A stretch of DNA of 64,000 bases, taken from the NCBI RefSeq assembly GCF_004010195.1, contig NC_057717.1, positions 56,431,126-56,495,125 of the forward strand. The letters run 5' to 3'. This DNA comes from Chiloscyllium plagiosum (Eukaryota). The notes beneath the pieces were generated by a model. The model saw nothing but the letters and a program-made list of their open reading frames with translations. It did not search any database and was not told the origin of the DNA. The stretch's first letter is position 1; the number at the start of each line of letters is the position of its first letter. A program made the translations under genes and the position numbers. Shown one piece after another: positions 1 through 12,580 of this stretch.

Positions 1-180
1 GTTTCTACATTGTTATTGCACTGTTAACATGGTTGGTGACAGTGAACCGCTCCAGTTATCTCATTCAATGCAATCAGCATGCCAGTTGAAACTTCATAAA
101 GTCTAGTATTACATGAAAGGTAAATCGCAAAGTTTTGGAAATGAAGGAAAAACAGATACATTAGGGTGCGATTTTTACTG

Positions 181-322
181 AGAACATAGAACATAGAACA
201 TTACAGCACAGTTCAGACCCTTCGGCCCTCGATGTTGCACCGGCCTGTCACACCAAGCTGAAGCCCATCTAACCTGCACTATTCCATGTACGAATATATG
301 CTTGTCCAATGATGACTTAAAT
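181..322 (-). mobile_element. CR1 LINE 3' end fragment
   Basis: (agaacat)n tail followed by the reverse-complement CR1 3'UTR (acagcacag..cccttcggccctcgatgttg). Confidence 0.75.
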
Positions 323-874
323 GTAATGAGAAGTAATAATTAAGGATTAATCTAATCCACTCTTTACAATCCAAAGTCAAAACTCAACTATCCAGTTCAA
401 TCACAAGGTCTGTCTTCCAAACGTTTACAAGTCATAGAGAAATATAAATACAATTTCAAAAGTATGTTGTTCTAATAGTTCTTGCTCTTGAGCAAAGATG
501 TCATGACTATGTTATAATGAGTCAAGAATCACTTTTCAATTCCGCTGTACACTACACACAAGTTTTCTGGCTGTTAAAGATCATTGGTAAAGTCCATTTG
601 GAAATTCTGCCCAATTCGATAAAGAACAGATCAGTTTCACTGCTTTGATCAGTTTCACAAATAACTTGAGTTAATTAATTGTTATGTCCCTGATTAAACT
701 GGAATTGCAGGAAAAAAATAAAACAGTGACTGAATGATTTCATCTGCACAGTGCTTTAGGTGTTCCCAATCCATGAGTTTTAAATTAATAGTTACATTTT
801 ACAACAAAATATCAACTGAAGAGTCATTTTTTCGGAAACAACTACTATATGGAATTATATGACCAAGGCTTCTT

Positions 875-1080
875 CTGTGTGCTCCAGTTTTCGCCAACCA
901 ACCCCCCACATCCCCCCCCACCAAAGTCACAAAGATGTTCAGGCTCGGTGAATTGGCTGTGCTAAATTGAAGATAGAGTTCAGGAGTAAATATAGGGTAG
1001 GCGGAATGGGTTACTTACTGTTCAGAGGGTCAGTGTGGAATTGTTGGGCGTAATGGCCTCTTTCCATACTGTTGGAAATC
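875..1080 (+). mobile_element. HE1/V-SINE, 5'-truncated
   Basis: aaagatgttcagg..gtgaattggctgtgctaaattg V-domain and ggcctctttccatactgt 3' end. Confidence 0.75.
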
Positions 1081-1299
1081 TACTGTAAAACAGTAGGAAT
1101 GCTTGTTGCGAACGCAGAGAACGTATTTTACATCAATGTGTTCAGACATATGCAGAGTTCAAAAATTTGCAGAAGACATGAACGAGAGGATAGCAGAGCA
1201 CGTTGTTTATTGAAACTGAAAATGGAGTATTTTTTTGTAATTAATGTACTTGACCAATTATTGCAATGTACCTAACATTAGTTAAGTGTAGCGATCATT

Positions 1300-1610
1300 C
1301 AGATTCGATTTCCTACACTATGGAAACGGGCCATTGTCCCAGCAATTACACACCGATCCTCTGAAGACTAACCCACACAGACTTATTACCCTACCCTATA
1401 TATACCCCAGAGGAATGCACCTAACACTATGGACGATTCAGCATGACCAATTCACTTGGCCTGCACATCTTTCGATTGTGGGAGGAAACCCACGCAGACA
1501 CAAGTGAGAATGTGTAAACTCCACACAGACAGCCACCCGAGGCTGGAACCAAGCCCGGGTACCTGGATCTGTAAGGCAATAGTGCTCACCACGAAACCAC
1601 CGCGCCGCCC
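1300..1610 (-). mobile_element. HE1/V-SINE
   Basis: Reverse complement of GGGCGGCGCGGTGG..agcactattgcc tRNA head, V-domain and 3' tail. Confidence 0.85.
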
Positions 1611-4600
1611 ACATTTACTTAAACATCAGTTAAAGTGGGCAACTCCAGACAGAAGCATGTTTTCAATTCATGCATTTTTAAAACGTTTTCGTACGTTACA
1701 AAACAGCTAACAAGAAACTGAAACTCCCATTGTAAAGAAAACCTGATAGTAAATACTTGCCCTAATTGTTTTAACAGAAATGCATTTCCACACTGGGATG
1801 CAGTATTGGCTTTGTCGAGAATATGCGAAATCTTCAAGTACAAGAAATGTTTTAAGAATATGTAAAAATAATTTAGAGAATAATCCATTTCCTCTGGACC
1901 AATGCATAAATTTGCGATATTTCCCACCTCAATAATTTTGTTAATTATAATGACTTATTAAGTTGATTAAATCGGTGATTATCTATGTTCATTGTGAACA
2001 CATTCTCGTTCACATTAATGGGTATCCTCTGGTTCATTCCTACGATGAATGTTCAATTACAGTGAATAAATTGGACGTGAGGAATTGAGCAGATATATCT
2101 GCAAAGAACAAGACTGTTGTATGGTATGTTTCAGTGCTATCTCCGACTAACTTGTCAACTGGTCCTGACTATTTGTAAGTTGTCCGGTTCCAATACCTGA
2201 ATCTCCGACAGTTCAATTTCATCTCGCGCTTCGAAACCACACTTATCTGCCAGAAATGCAATATTTGACTAGGTGCCTCAGAATTGAGAGCCCTGGCCAT
2301 GTTGCCCTATCAGAACGAACACTTCAGTAACAAAAGGCAGATTGCAAGAGTTTTAAAATTGGTTGTTGGCAACAAGGGATATATGATTGAGCGAGGCAGA
2401 GGAATATATGCTGCTTATTTTCTTTGTGCCTCGGTTGTCCGGGACGTGTTTAGCGGCACAATGTAGGATCAGAAGTTATTTTGCATCGTATTATTTGAAA
2501 ACCGTTTGTCGGCTTTTAATGTCACTGGCAATTGTTATAATACATTTCAAAATATTTTAATCTATTTCAAACTAAGTAGACCATCTGGTGCAGCAACATT
2601 AAGGAGTAAGAGGAAGGGAGTTCAACGTTGAAGTCCAGTGACAGTGAATTTATGGCAGTGCAATTCCTAGTTTTATTCCTCTGTAGTTCCCATAGGCTTT
2701 GGACAATTCAGAACTGCAGTTAAAGTATTCCTGGAGAATTGTTGTAATGTTACTTTCATTGTGTAAACATTCTGGAACAATCCTTGTTTGTTGGAACGTG
2801 TTAATAATTAGCATGGTTTATGCACTGTCAAACAGATGGGCTGTATTCTCCGGTATAGTGTCGAGCTCATTGTTTTCAGGTCTGCTGTGATATTGTAGTA
2901 GTGACCCTGACTCCATGCCACGTGGCCTGTGTTCACTTACAACCTTTTAGAGACGTTTGTGACATCATCTCTAATCAGTTTAATTCGGTGCAAAAAAGCA
3001 GATCGAGTCGTTTGGGTATTTGTTGGAATTCCACTCACAGAAGCCAGTGAAATCTATTCAATAGCAGTCCTGATTTGTGTCTCTTAGATATTAAACAAAC
3101 TTTTGGCGGTTAGCCGCTTTTTCCAAATCAATATTTGTTCACAAGCTTTTGGACATCGCTAGCTGGGGTTAATGGAGTAACTCCTCAAATAAATCCCAGC
3201 TTTTAAATTACTATTCTAACAATATCATGTATAACTAATCCAGAATGAATTGATTTGAAGCATATTTGATGAGATTATGCCTAGGTTGTTTTATTTAATA
3301 TTAAACCAGTGCTGTGGCTGAATTTGATTGTTCAGTACAGTGGGGGTTCCGCTGAATCCAACACTTCCAGCAGATGGTGGTAGCCTTTCAACTGGTCTTC
3401 AGTTGCTATCTCACATCATCTAGTACCTCTGCTAAGAATCCTTTTTCAACAGCAGTCAAGCAAACGTAATCGCTGTCTAATTCAGCAGGTGTGAGTTCTT
3501 GTGCCAAAAACATGAAAACATTTTTCTGAAGAGGGCGTCTCGGAACGTGAAATGTTACCCTGTTTGATGAAACAAATTGTTCAGAGAGAAGATGCATTTG
3601 AAGAAATTGAGAATGTTCAGAGATATTTAATATCAGAAAATCATTGAATGTGAGTGCCCTGATTTCAAGCTGTATTTTCACAATAAACTGTTTCGTGAAG
3701 TAACAACACATTCCAGAATGCAGTGACTGCTGTAATTGGGTGGGAGTTGTTTTGATCACTCAAATAGAGAATGTCAATCCTCCCGTTCCAAATAATCAAC
3801 AGATTTTTTAAGAATGTGTGAAACAATTAATATGTTAAAGTATTTTAATAAAAAGTGTTCAGTGTCAGTGCGAGCCTAATGAAGGACACAATTTTAGAAA
3901 GGTGCAGGAGGAGGGCACTCAGCCCCTCGAGCTGTTCCACCATTTACTTAGATCATGGTGCATCTGCGCGCTAATTTCTCAGGCCTCTCTTTGGCTAAAA
4001 CTCTTTACCATCTTTGACTAGCAAGCAAAAACTAGCCCTGGTTCAATGATTTTACTTCCTTTAACAAAGGGAGAAACCATTGTTTAAAGACATTTCTGTG
4101 AGAAGTTAAAGTGACCCAATGAGGCTAGATTTAACTGGTCATGAAAGTAAGCTTTAAATATTTGATAACTTGCAGTTTAAACATCCCAGTCATCACATTC
4201 CATTAATTTAAAATTATATTTCTTTATTCCAAAGAAGTATACTGCGTGATTGCTGCGCTAAAAAATGAGGAAATCTTCATTCCCATTATATGATTAAGAA
4301 TTAACACTGTTTGTTCAGAGAAAAAGAAGGCAAACCACACAGAAGGAAACCATTCACAATTCCCGTAAATACTTTTCAATGCTTCCAGTGATTATCTGCA
4401 TCTCTAGATAGGTATGGAAGTGTCAGACTTTTCCTTGAGAAACTAATCATCATCAGCTTACTTGAATTGCTAAAGTTTGTGTCGGGCAGTGTTTTGTCGA
4501 GGAATAAGACGGTGTTGATTTCAGCGTCTGTAAATTATGAAGGAGCAAAAAATGCCTTTAATAGAGTGATATGTGCTCCTTGTCAGATGTGGGAGTTTAA

Positions 4601-7600
4601 AGAGAGATTAAGCATTATTGCGGATTATAAGTGCTGTTGGATGCGAATCTTATCAGATCGAATGGATCGGTTGGAGAGACAGTTACAAGCAATGAGGAAA
4701 TTGCAACAGCAACAGTACATTATGGATGGCAGTTATAGGAAGGGGGAAAGTCTCAGATACAGTCACATAGATGGGTTAACTCCAGGAAAGGTAAGATAAT
4801 TAGGCACCTAGTGCAGGAGTCTTTTGTGGATATGCACATTTCAATCAGGTATGCTGTTTTGGAAAATGAAGGGGATGATGGAATCTCAGGGAACATAGCA
4901 CGAACAGCCAAGTTTCTGGTATTGAGACTGGCTCTAATGCAACGAGGGGTACGTCGGCTTCCAAGAGATCAATTGTGTTCGGGGATTCTGCAATCCGAGG
5001 TGCAGTCAGACCTTTCTGTGGCCAGCAGCGAAAAAGCAGAATGGTGTGTTGCTTCCCCGGTGCCAGGATCAATGATGTCTCAAAGAGTATGCAGAATGTT
5101 CTCACGGGGGAGGGGGGACAGCAAGAGGACATTGTTTAAAGACATTTCTGTGAGAAGTTAAAGTGACCCAATGAGGCTAGATTTAATTGGTCATGAAAAT
5201 AAGCTTTAAATATTTGAAAAGGTTGAGATGATGAAGAGAGATTACAGAGAGTTCGGCAGAAATTTAAAAAGGAGTTCCTCGAAAGTAGTAATATCTGGAT
5301 TACTCCAAGTGCTTCGAGCTAGTGAGGGCAGGAATAGGAGGATAGAGCAGATGAATGCGTGTCTGAGGAGCTGGTGTATTGGAGAAGGATTCATATTTTT
5401 GGATGATTTGAATCTTTTTTGGGTTAGAAATGACCTGTACAAGAAGGACGGATTGCACCTAAATTGGAAGGGGACTAATATACTTGCAGGGAAATTTGCT
5501 AGAGCTGATCAGAAGGATTTAAACTAGTAAGGTGGAGGGAGGGGCGGTGGTGGGACCCAAGGAGATTGTGAGGAAAGAGGTCAATCTGGCACTAGTACAG
5601 TTGAGAACAGAAGCGAGTCAAACAGTCAGAGCAGGCAGGGACAAGGTAGTACTAATAAATTAAACTCCGTTTATTTCAATGCAAGGGGCCTAACAAGGAA
5701 GGCAGGTGATATCAGGGCATGGTTAGGAGCATGGGACTGGAATATCATAGCAATTACAGATACATGGCTCAGGGATTAGCAGGACTGCAGACTAATGTTC
5801 CAGGATACAAATTAGAGGGAAATTGAGAAACAAACGTGTAAAGAGATTTCAACTATCTGTAAGAATAATATGGTGGTTATGGTAGGCGATTTTAACTCTG
5901 TAAACATAGACTGGAAATGCCATAGTGTTAAAGGTTTAGATGGAGAGGAATTTGTAAGGTGCGTACAAGACAATTTTCTGATTCAGTGTGTGGATGTATC
6001 TACTAGAGAAGGTTCAAAAGCTGACTTACTCTTGGGAAATAAGGCAGGGCAGCTGACGGAGGAGTCAGTGGGGGAGCACTTTGATGCCAGGGACCATAAT
6101 TCTATTAGATTTAAAATAGTGATGGAAAAGGATAGATCAGGACTATAAGTTGAAGTTCTAATTTGGAGAAAGAACAATTTCGACGGTATTAGACAAGAAC
6201 TTTCGAAAGCTGATTGGGGGAAGATGTTCGCAGGTAAAGTGACAGCTGAAAAATGGGAAGCCTTCAGAAATGAGATAATGAGAATCCAGAGAAAGTGTAT
6301 TCCTGTTAGCGTAAAAGGAAAGATTAGTAGGTATAGGGAATGCTCTATGACTAAAGAAATTGAGGGTTTGGTTCAGAAAAAGAAGGAAACATATGTCAGA
6401 TATAGACAGGATAGATCGAGCGAATCCTGAGAAGAGTATAAAGGAAGTAGCAGTATAATTAAGAGGGAAAACAGGAGGGAAAAAAGGCGACATGAGATAG
6501 CTTTGGCAAATTGAATTAATGAGAATCCAAAGGGTTTTTACAAATACATTAAGGACAAGAGGGTAACTAGGGAGAAAATAAGGCCCCACAAAGATCAGCA
6601 AGGTTGCCTTTGTGTGGAGATGCAGAAAATGGGAGAGATACTTAATGAGTATCTTGCATCAATACTTAGTGTGGAAAAGAATATGGAAGATAAAGACTGG
6701 AGGGAAATAGATGGTAACATCTTGCAAAATGTCCAGATTACAGAGGAGAAAGTGCTGGATGTCTTCAAACGGTTAAAGGTGGATATGTCCCCAGGACCTG
6801 ATCAGGTGTACCCGAGAACTCTGTGGGAACCAACAGAAGTGATTGCTGGGCCTCTTTCTGAGATATTTGTGTCATTGATAGTCACAGGTGAGGTGCCGGA
6901 AGACTGGAGGTTGGGAAACGTGGTGTCACTGTTTCAGACGTGTGGTCAGGACTAGCCAGGGAACTATAGACCAATAAGCCTGTCGGCGGTGGTGGGCAAC
7001 TCGATGGAGGGAATCCTGAGGGACAGGACCTACATATATTTGGAAAGGCAAGGACTGATTAGGGATAGTCAACATGGATTTGTGCGGGGAAATTATGTCT
7101 CACAAACTTGATTTATTTTTTTGAAGAAATAACAAAGAGGATTGATGAGGGCAGAGCATTAGATGTGAGCTATATGGACTTCATCAAGGCGTTCGACAAG
7201 GTTCCCCATGAGAGACTGATTAGCAAGGTTAGCTCTCACGAAATACTGGGAGAACTCGATATTTGGATATTGAACTGGCTCAAAGGTAGAAGACAGAGGG
7301 TGGTGGTGGAGGGTTGTTTTTAGACCGGAGGCCTGTGACCAGTGGAGTGCCATAAGAATCGGTGCTGAGCCCTTTACTTTTTATAATTTACATAAATGAT
7401 TTGGATGCGAGCATAATAGGTAGAGTTAGTAAGTTTGCAGATGACACCAAATTTGGATGGGTAGGATACAGCAAAGAGGGTTTCCTCAGATTACAACGAG
7501 ATCCTGACCAGATGGGCCAATGGGCCGTGAAGTGGCAGATGGAGTTTAATTCAGATAAACGTGAGATGCTGCATTTTGGGAAAACACTTCAAGGTAAGGT

Positions 7601-7748
7601 CATAGCGAGTGTTGCTGTACAACGAGACATTGAGGGGGAGAAAGTGAGGACTGCAGATGCTAGAGATCAGAGCTTAAAAATGTGTTGCTGGAAAAGCGCA
7701 TCAGGTCAGGCAGCATCAAAGGAACAGGAGAATCGACGTTTTGGGCAT

Positions 7749-7786
7749 GATTCCTGAAGAAGGCCTTATGCCCGAAACGTTGATTC
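7749..7786 (+). ncRNA. Minimal hammerhead ribozyme motif, duplicated copy
   Basis: gattc CTGAAGA AGGCC ttat GCCC GAAA CGTT gattc (one stem II mismatch). Confidence 0.6.
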
Positions 7787-8108
7787 TCCTGTTCCTTTGA
7801 TGCTGCCTGACCTGACCAGTGGAGTGCCACAAGAATCGGTGCTGAGCCCTTTACCTTTTATAATTTACATAAATGATTTGGATGCGAGCGTAAGAGGTAG
7901 AGTTAGTAAGTTTGCAGATGATACCAAATTTGGATGGGTAGGATACAGAAAATAGGGTTTCCTCAGATTACAACGAGATCCTGACCAGATGGGCCAATGG
8001 GCTGAGAAGTGGCAGATGGAGTTTAATTCAGACAAACGTGAGACGCTGCATTTTGGGAAAACACTTCAAGGTAAGGTAATACCGAGTGTTTCTGAACAAA
8101 GAGACATT

Positions 8109-8324
8109 GAGCAGGAGAAAGTGAGGACTGCAGATGCTGGAGATCAGAGCTTAAAATGTGTTGCTGGAAAAGCGCATCAGGTCAGGCAGCATCAAAGGAA
8201 CAGGAGAATCGACGTTTCGGGCATGATTCCTGAAGAAGGGCTTATGCCCGAAACGTTGATTCTCCTGTTCCTTTGATGCTGCCTGACATGCTGCGTTTTT
8301 CCAGCAACACATTTTTAAGTTAAG
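8109..8324. mobile_element. Short foldback Penelope-derived element with 11-bp TSD
   Basis: About 75-bp inverted arms (gtgttgctggaaaa..cgtttcgggcat / atgcccgaaacg..ttttccagcaacac). TSD aaagagacatt at 8098-8108 and 8325-8335. Same sequence as the end of the Penelope element at 51460. Confidence 0.8.
8225..8262 (+). ncRNA. Minimal type-I hammerhead ribozyme motif (Penelope-associated)
   Basis: gattc CTGAAGA A GGGC ttat GCCC GAAA CG TT gattc: core boxes, stem II, palindromic ACGT stem III, GUU cleavage triplet. Confidence 0.7.
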
Positions 8325-9259
8325 AAAGAGACATTAAATGCAGATTCATAGCTCGTTGCAAGTGGAGTAGAATAGTGAATAAGGCGTTTGGTATGCTTTA
8401 TTTTATTGGTCAGAGTATTGAGTACAGGAGTTGCAAGGTCATTTTGCGGCTGTACAGGACATTCGTTCGGCCACTGTTGGAATAATGCGTGCAGTTCGGG
8501 TCTCCTTCCTATCGTAAAGAAGTTGTGAAACTTGAAAAGGTTCAGAAAAGATTTACAAGGATGTTGCCAGGGTTGGAGGATTTGAGCTATATGGAGAGGC
8601 TGAACAGGCTGTAGTTGTTTTCTCTGGAGCGTCGGAGGCTGAGGGATGACCTTATAGAGGTTTACAAAATTATGAGGGGCATGGATAGCGTAAATAGGCA
8701 AAGTCCTTTCCTGGCCTCAGGGAATCTGGAACTCGAGGGCATAGGTTTACGGTGAGAGGGTAAATATATAAAAGAGACCGAAGGGGCAACTTTTTCACAC
8801 AGAGCGTGGTACGAGTATGAAATGAGCTGTCAGAGGAAGTGGTGGAGTCTGCGACAAATGCAACATTTAAGAGGCATTTGGATGGGTATATGAATCGGAA
8901 ATGTTTGGATGGATATGGGCTGTGTGCTGGCAGGTGGGATTAGATTGGGTTGGGATATCTGGTCGGCATGGACGTGTTGGACCAAAGGGTCTGTTTCCAT
9001 CCTGTACATCTCTATTACAGTAAGATGGAGACTAATTTGGAGGAAAGCTTTCAGGTGAAACATTTAGATGTGTACACGCCCTTATCCTCAAAGTTCACAG
9101 ATTTGGAACATGCTGCCGAAGCGACATTTCAACATGCAAATTAAAATCGGAAGAAGGCACCTAGAATCGTATTCCATTCATGGGATCATCATAAATCCTG
9201 CTGCTCACCAGCCTTTCGAACACCCGATAAAATTGAATACGATTGTAAACTGTTCAACG

Positions 9260-10010
9260 AAAGAATGGTGAACCTTGAATTCTCTGCCACAGAAATTAAT
9301 TGAGGTAAAAACATGAAGTGATTTCAAGAAGAAGATAGATTCCTTTAAAAAATGCTACATGTATGTGGGGAAAAGGCAAGCAGGGTACAATATTGGTTAA
9401 AAGCCATGAAAACATATAATAGGGCATGTTTTGTAAGTTTGCACATGACACCGAAATTGGTGCTTTAGTTGTCAGTGAAAGTTATCTGAATGTACAAGAA
9501 GATGTTGATCAGCTGGGCCAATGGGTTAAGGAGTGACAGATGGAGTTTAATTTAAATGGATACGACATGTTGCTTTTTGAGAAGATAAATCAGGTCACAA
9601 CTTACAGAATTAATGGTAGGGCACTGGGTAGTGATCTTGAAGAGAGGGAAGGGGGAATCAGACTCATAGATTCTTGAAAGCATTGTCTCAAGTAGCTAGC
9701 GTGTCGAAGGTGTTTGGCGCATGTGGCTTCATTGGTCAGAGCATTGAGTGCAGGCGTTGGGGCTTCATGTTGTAAATGTACCAGATATTGGAATGAACTG
9801 CCAGAGGAAGTGGTAAATGCAGAAAAATTTACAACATTTAGAAGACATTTGGACAGGTACAGGAACAGGATCGGTCTGGATGGATATGTGATAAAGGCAG
9901 ACAAATTAGTGTAATTTGGAAACTCTGGTCAGCATGGATGGGCTGGACCAAAGTAACTGTTTCTGTGCTACATAACTTTATGACTGTCTGACTTTATGGT
10001 GGAGTAGACT
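9260..10010 (+). mobile_element. Degenerate CR1 fragments
   Basis: Remnants of the KFADDTK region, WNELPEEVV..FRRHLD, and 3' tail. Confidence 0.75.
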
Positions 10011-10029
10011 CAAAGTTGGAAGCTGGTGA

Positions 10030-10650
10030 GCAAGTGAGGGGATAGATTGGGAATGTGGGAGAGTTTGGGCTGGTAGGCTGGGAGGTGTTGGCTTGCTGCG
10101 GGTTAAGCTTGTATGCACCCCATCTGCAGGCTGGCATCCAGGCAAATGGTAATGGTCACAAGAATAATTTGGTCGAATTGTGCTTGGTAGGTGAGGGATA
10201 GTCTGAGTTGAAATGCCTGAGGGATTTCTTTGCCAAGCTTGCTAGCAGAGATGTCAGCAAGGTGCTAGTCTGGTTTGTGGAGAGGTGCGCAGGGTGCCAG
10301 GCTGATTAGTGCAGAGGTGGGCAGTGAGCCACTCTGTTTCAGTGGTAGAAGGTCACTGTAATGAAGTAGCAGGTGGACGTGATGTCAAAATGCAAATCTG
10401 AGAGTCTGGAAAAATGGCAGGTGGTAAAGGACAGATGCAAAAGGAGCTAGGATTCAATTTGCACAGGTTGACTTGGGTTAAATGAGAGGTCAGTGACCAA
10501 GGGCTGAAGTAATGTCTGGGGGAGTGGGGTTCTGACAGAAACTGTGCAAATGATGGTGCCAGGTGCTGTCAAGGCCAGATTCAAAATGGACCACGTGCAG
10601 GGTGGCAGCAGTGGAATTGAGTGAAAGGAATTGAGATTATCTGTCCACCT
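10030..10650 (-). mobile_element. Old L2-like LINE fragment (probably continues at 11355-11540)
   Basis: Minus strand shows degenerate endonuclease-like text (ctgcacgtggtccattttgaatctggcc); purine-rich + strand. Weak call. Confidence 0.35.
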
Positions 10651-10653
10651 GGA

Positions 10654-11355
10654 ATATAGAACATGGAATGTTATAGTCCAGTATAGGCCCTTCAACCCTC
10701 GATGTTGCACCGACCTGTGGAACCAATCTGAAGCCAATCGATGCTGCACTATTCCACTTTCATCCATATGCTGATCCAATGACATTTTAAATGCCCTTAA
10801 AATTGGCAAGGATACTATTGTTGCAGGCAGTGCATTCCTCGCCCATAGTACTCTCTGAGTAAACAAACTACCTCTGACATCCGCCCTCTATCGCTCATCC
10901 CTCAATTTAGACCTTTGTCCTTCTCCTGCTAGCCATCGCCAGCCGAGGAAAAGGAGTCTCACTGTCCACCATATCGAACCCTCTGATTGTCTTATATGTC
11001 TCAATTAAGTCACCTCTCAATCTTGGTCTCTCAAACAAAAACAACCTCAATCCCTCATCAAACCCTACCGCCACACCAGACAACATTCTGTTAAACCTCG
11101 ACTGAACTCTTTACAAAGCTTCCACATTCTTCCTATAATGTGGTGACCAGAACTGTACACAATAGTCCAAGTACGGCCACACCAGAGTTTTGTACGGCTG
11201 CAGAATGATCTCATGGTTTTGAATCTCAGTCCTTCTTCCAATGAAAGCCAACTCAAAGTATGCCTTCTTAACAATCCTATCAATGCTACTGGCAACCTTT
11301 AGGGATCTATGTACATGGACACAGGGGTATCTCTGCTCATCTACACTATCAATAT
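10654..11355 (-). mobile_element. CR1 LINE 3' part
   Basis: YKTLVWPYLDYCVQFWSPHYRK, FTQRV..RNALP, agaacat tail. Confidence 0.88.
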
Positions 11356-11809
11356 GGATTGCCTTGGATGAGTTTCTTGTGATAGGGGTGCTGTATTCCG
11401 GGCATGAATTGGTGAGTAACAGGGTAGGGTTTGTCAATGTGTATGGAAATTTATGTCTAGACAGAGAGGGAGAGCAGTGGTTTGTCTGTGACAGATGAGA
11501 GCCTTGATGGTGAACTGCGTGTCAGTTTGACATTTATTAAAGTTAAAGATTACTAGTTAATTTTTCAAATCATATTTACGTACATAGTCAGCTCAGTTAG
11601 CTGCAATGCTCCAAAGTCTCTGAAACTTTATGGTCCTCCATTTTTCAGATGCCTCCAGGATTCAGATAATTGTAAGTTAGAAGTTTCGACTTCCAGACAA
11701 TATGCATAAGGTCAGCTGTGACAGACATCCTCCAGTCCCAGTGCTCAGCTCCTGTTTGTGCTGCTGCAGCGACATTCTTCCCAGAGAGGACATTCTGCCT
11801 TGCATTGAT

Positions 11810-11925
11810 AAATGAGGAAGGATCACTGGACCTGAACCGTTCACTTGGATTTATCTCCAGAAATACTGCCAGCTTTCGGGGTTTTCAAGCAATTTCTCGC
11901 AATTTTGTTTCTGATTTCCAGCAGT
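11810..11925 (+). mobile_element. Penelope-terminus-derived short repeat (second family), degenerate
   Basis: gaggaaggatcactggacctgaaccgtt..tttgtttctgatttccagca; reverse-complement relative of 28895-29045. Confidence 0.5.
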
Positions 11926-11937
11926 ACGGTACCTCGT

Positions 11938-12230
11938 GGGGTGGCACCCTGGTTACGTGGTTAGCATTGCTGCCCCACAGTCGTAGGGACACTTGTTCGA
12001 TTCCAGCCTCGGCTGATTGTCTGTGTAGAGTTTGCACTTTCTCCCCATGTCTGTGTGGGTTTCCTCCCAAAGTTAAAACATGTGCAAGCTGGGTGAATTG
12101 GTCACGCTGTGTTCAGGGATTGGGAGGTTAGGTCCATTAGTCAGGGTGAAATGTGTCTGGATGGGTTATCTTTCAAAGGCTGGTTGTGGACTTGTTGGGT
12201 CAACTGTCCTGTTTGCAAACACTGTCGAAT
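11938..12230 (+). mobile_element. HE1/V-SINE
   Basis: gggtggcac..gtggttagcattgctg..gttcgattccagcctcgg..V-domain. Confidence 0.85.
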
Positions 12231-12580
12231 TTTGATGAATCCGGATTTCCTTGGTTTGTATTTTGTGAAACCTCTCTGCTCTTCACTTGCAACCCAGTGA
12301 AAGTGTCAGTTGGTGAGATTTTCAAATAGTTACTGGCCGTTGGATCAGGATGTTCTTCTTCATACATTTTATGGTAATGGTCAAGGTAGAGGGTTTGTTT
12401 CTGAAGAGGAAACCAATAGAGCATGATCAACAACTGGTAAGAAACAAAAATAAACTCCAGTTATGCTGTAGACTTCAGCAGGAGCATACTGGCAAACGTT
12501 TATAGCTGAGGATACATTTGAGTAACTGATAAGGACAAATTAACAGTACCTAGTGTGCTCAATTGGTCATTATATCCTAG

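Larger units (their letters stand above)
7336..8290 (+). repeat. Tandem duplication, unit about 477 bp (CR1 RT segment plus Penelope foldback)
   Basis: tgaccagtggagtgcc at 7336 and 7813; ctgaccagatgggcc at 7504 and 7981. Confidence 0.9.
4470..9015 (+). mobile_element. Near full-length decayed CR1 LINE (ORF1 Zn-finger/leucine zipper plus esterase; ORF2 APE endonuclease and RT)
   Basis: ORF1: ICAPCQMWE..RMDRLERQL, KVVISGLL, DGLHLNWKG. ORF2: MVGDFN, DHNSI, SPGPD, YMDFIKAFDKVPH, LSPLLFIIYINDL, KFADDTK. Many stops and frameshifts. Confidence 0.93.

Noticed and set aside
748-790. CACAGTG heptamer as a recombination signal sequence
   Set aside because: No ACAAAAACC-like nonamer at 12 or 22/23 nt spacing, and no adjacent V or D coding sequence
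1-12580. VH/DH/JH segments upstream of Cmu1
   Set aside because: No WGxG J motif with a donor and no V framework motifs were recognised; badly decayed copies could have been missed
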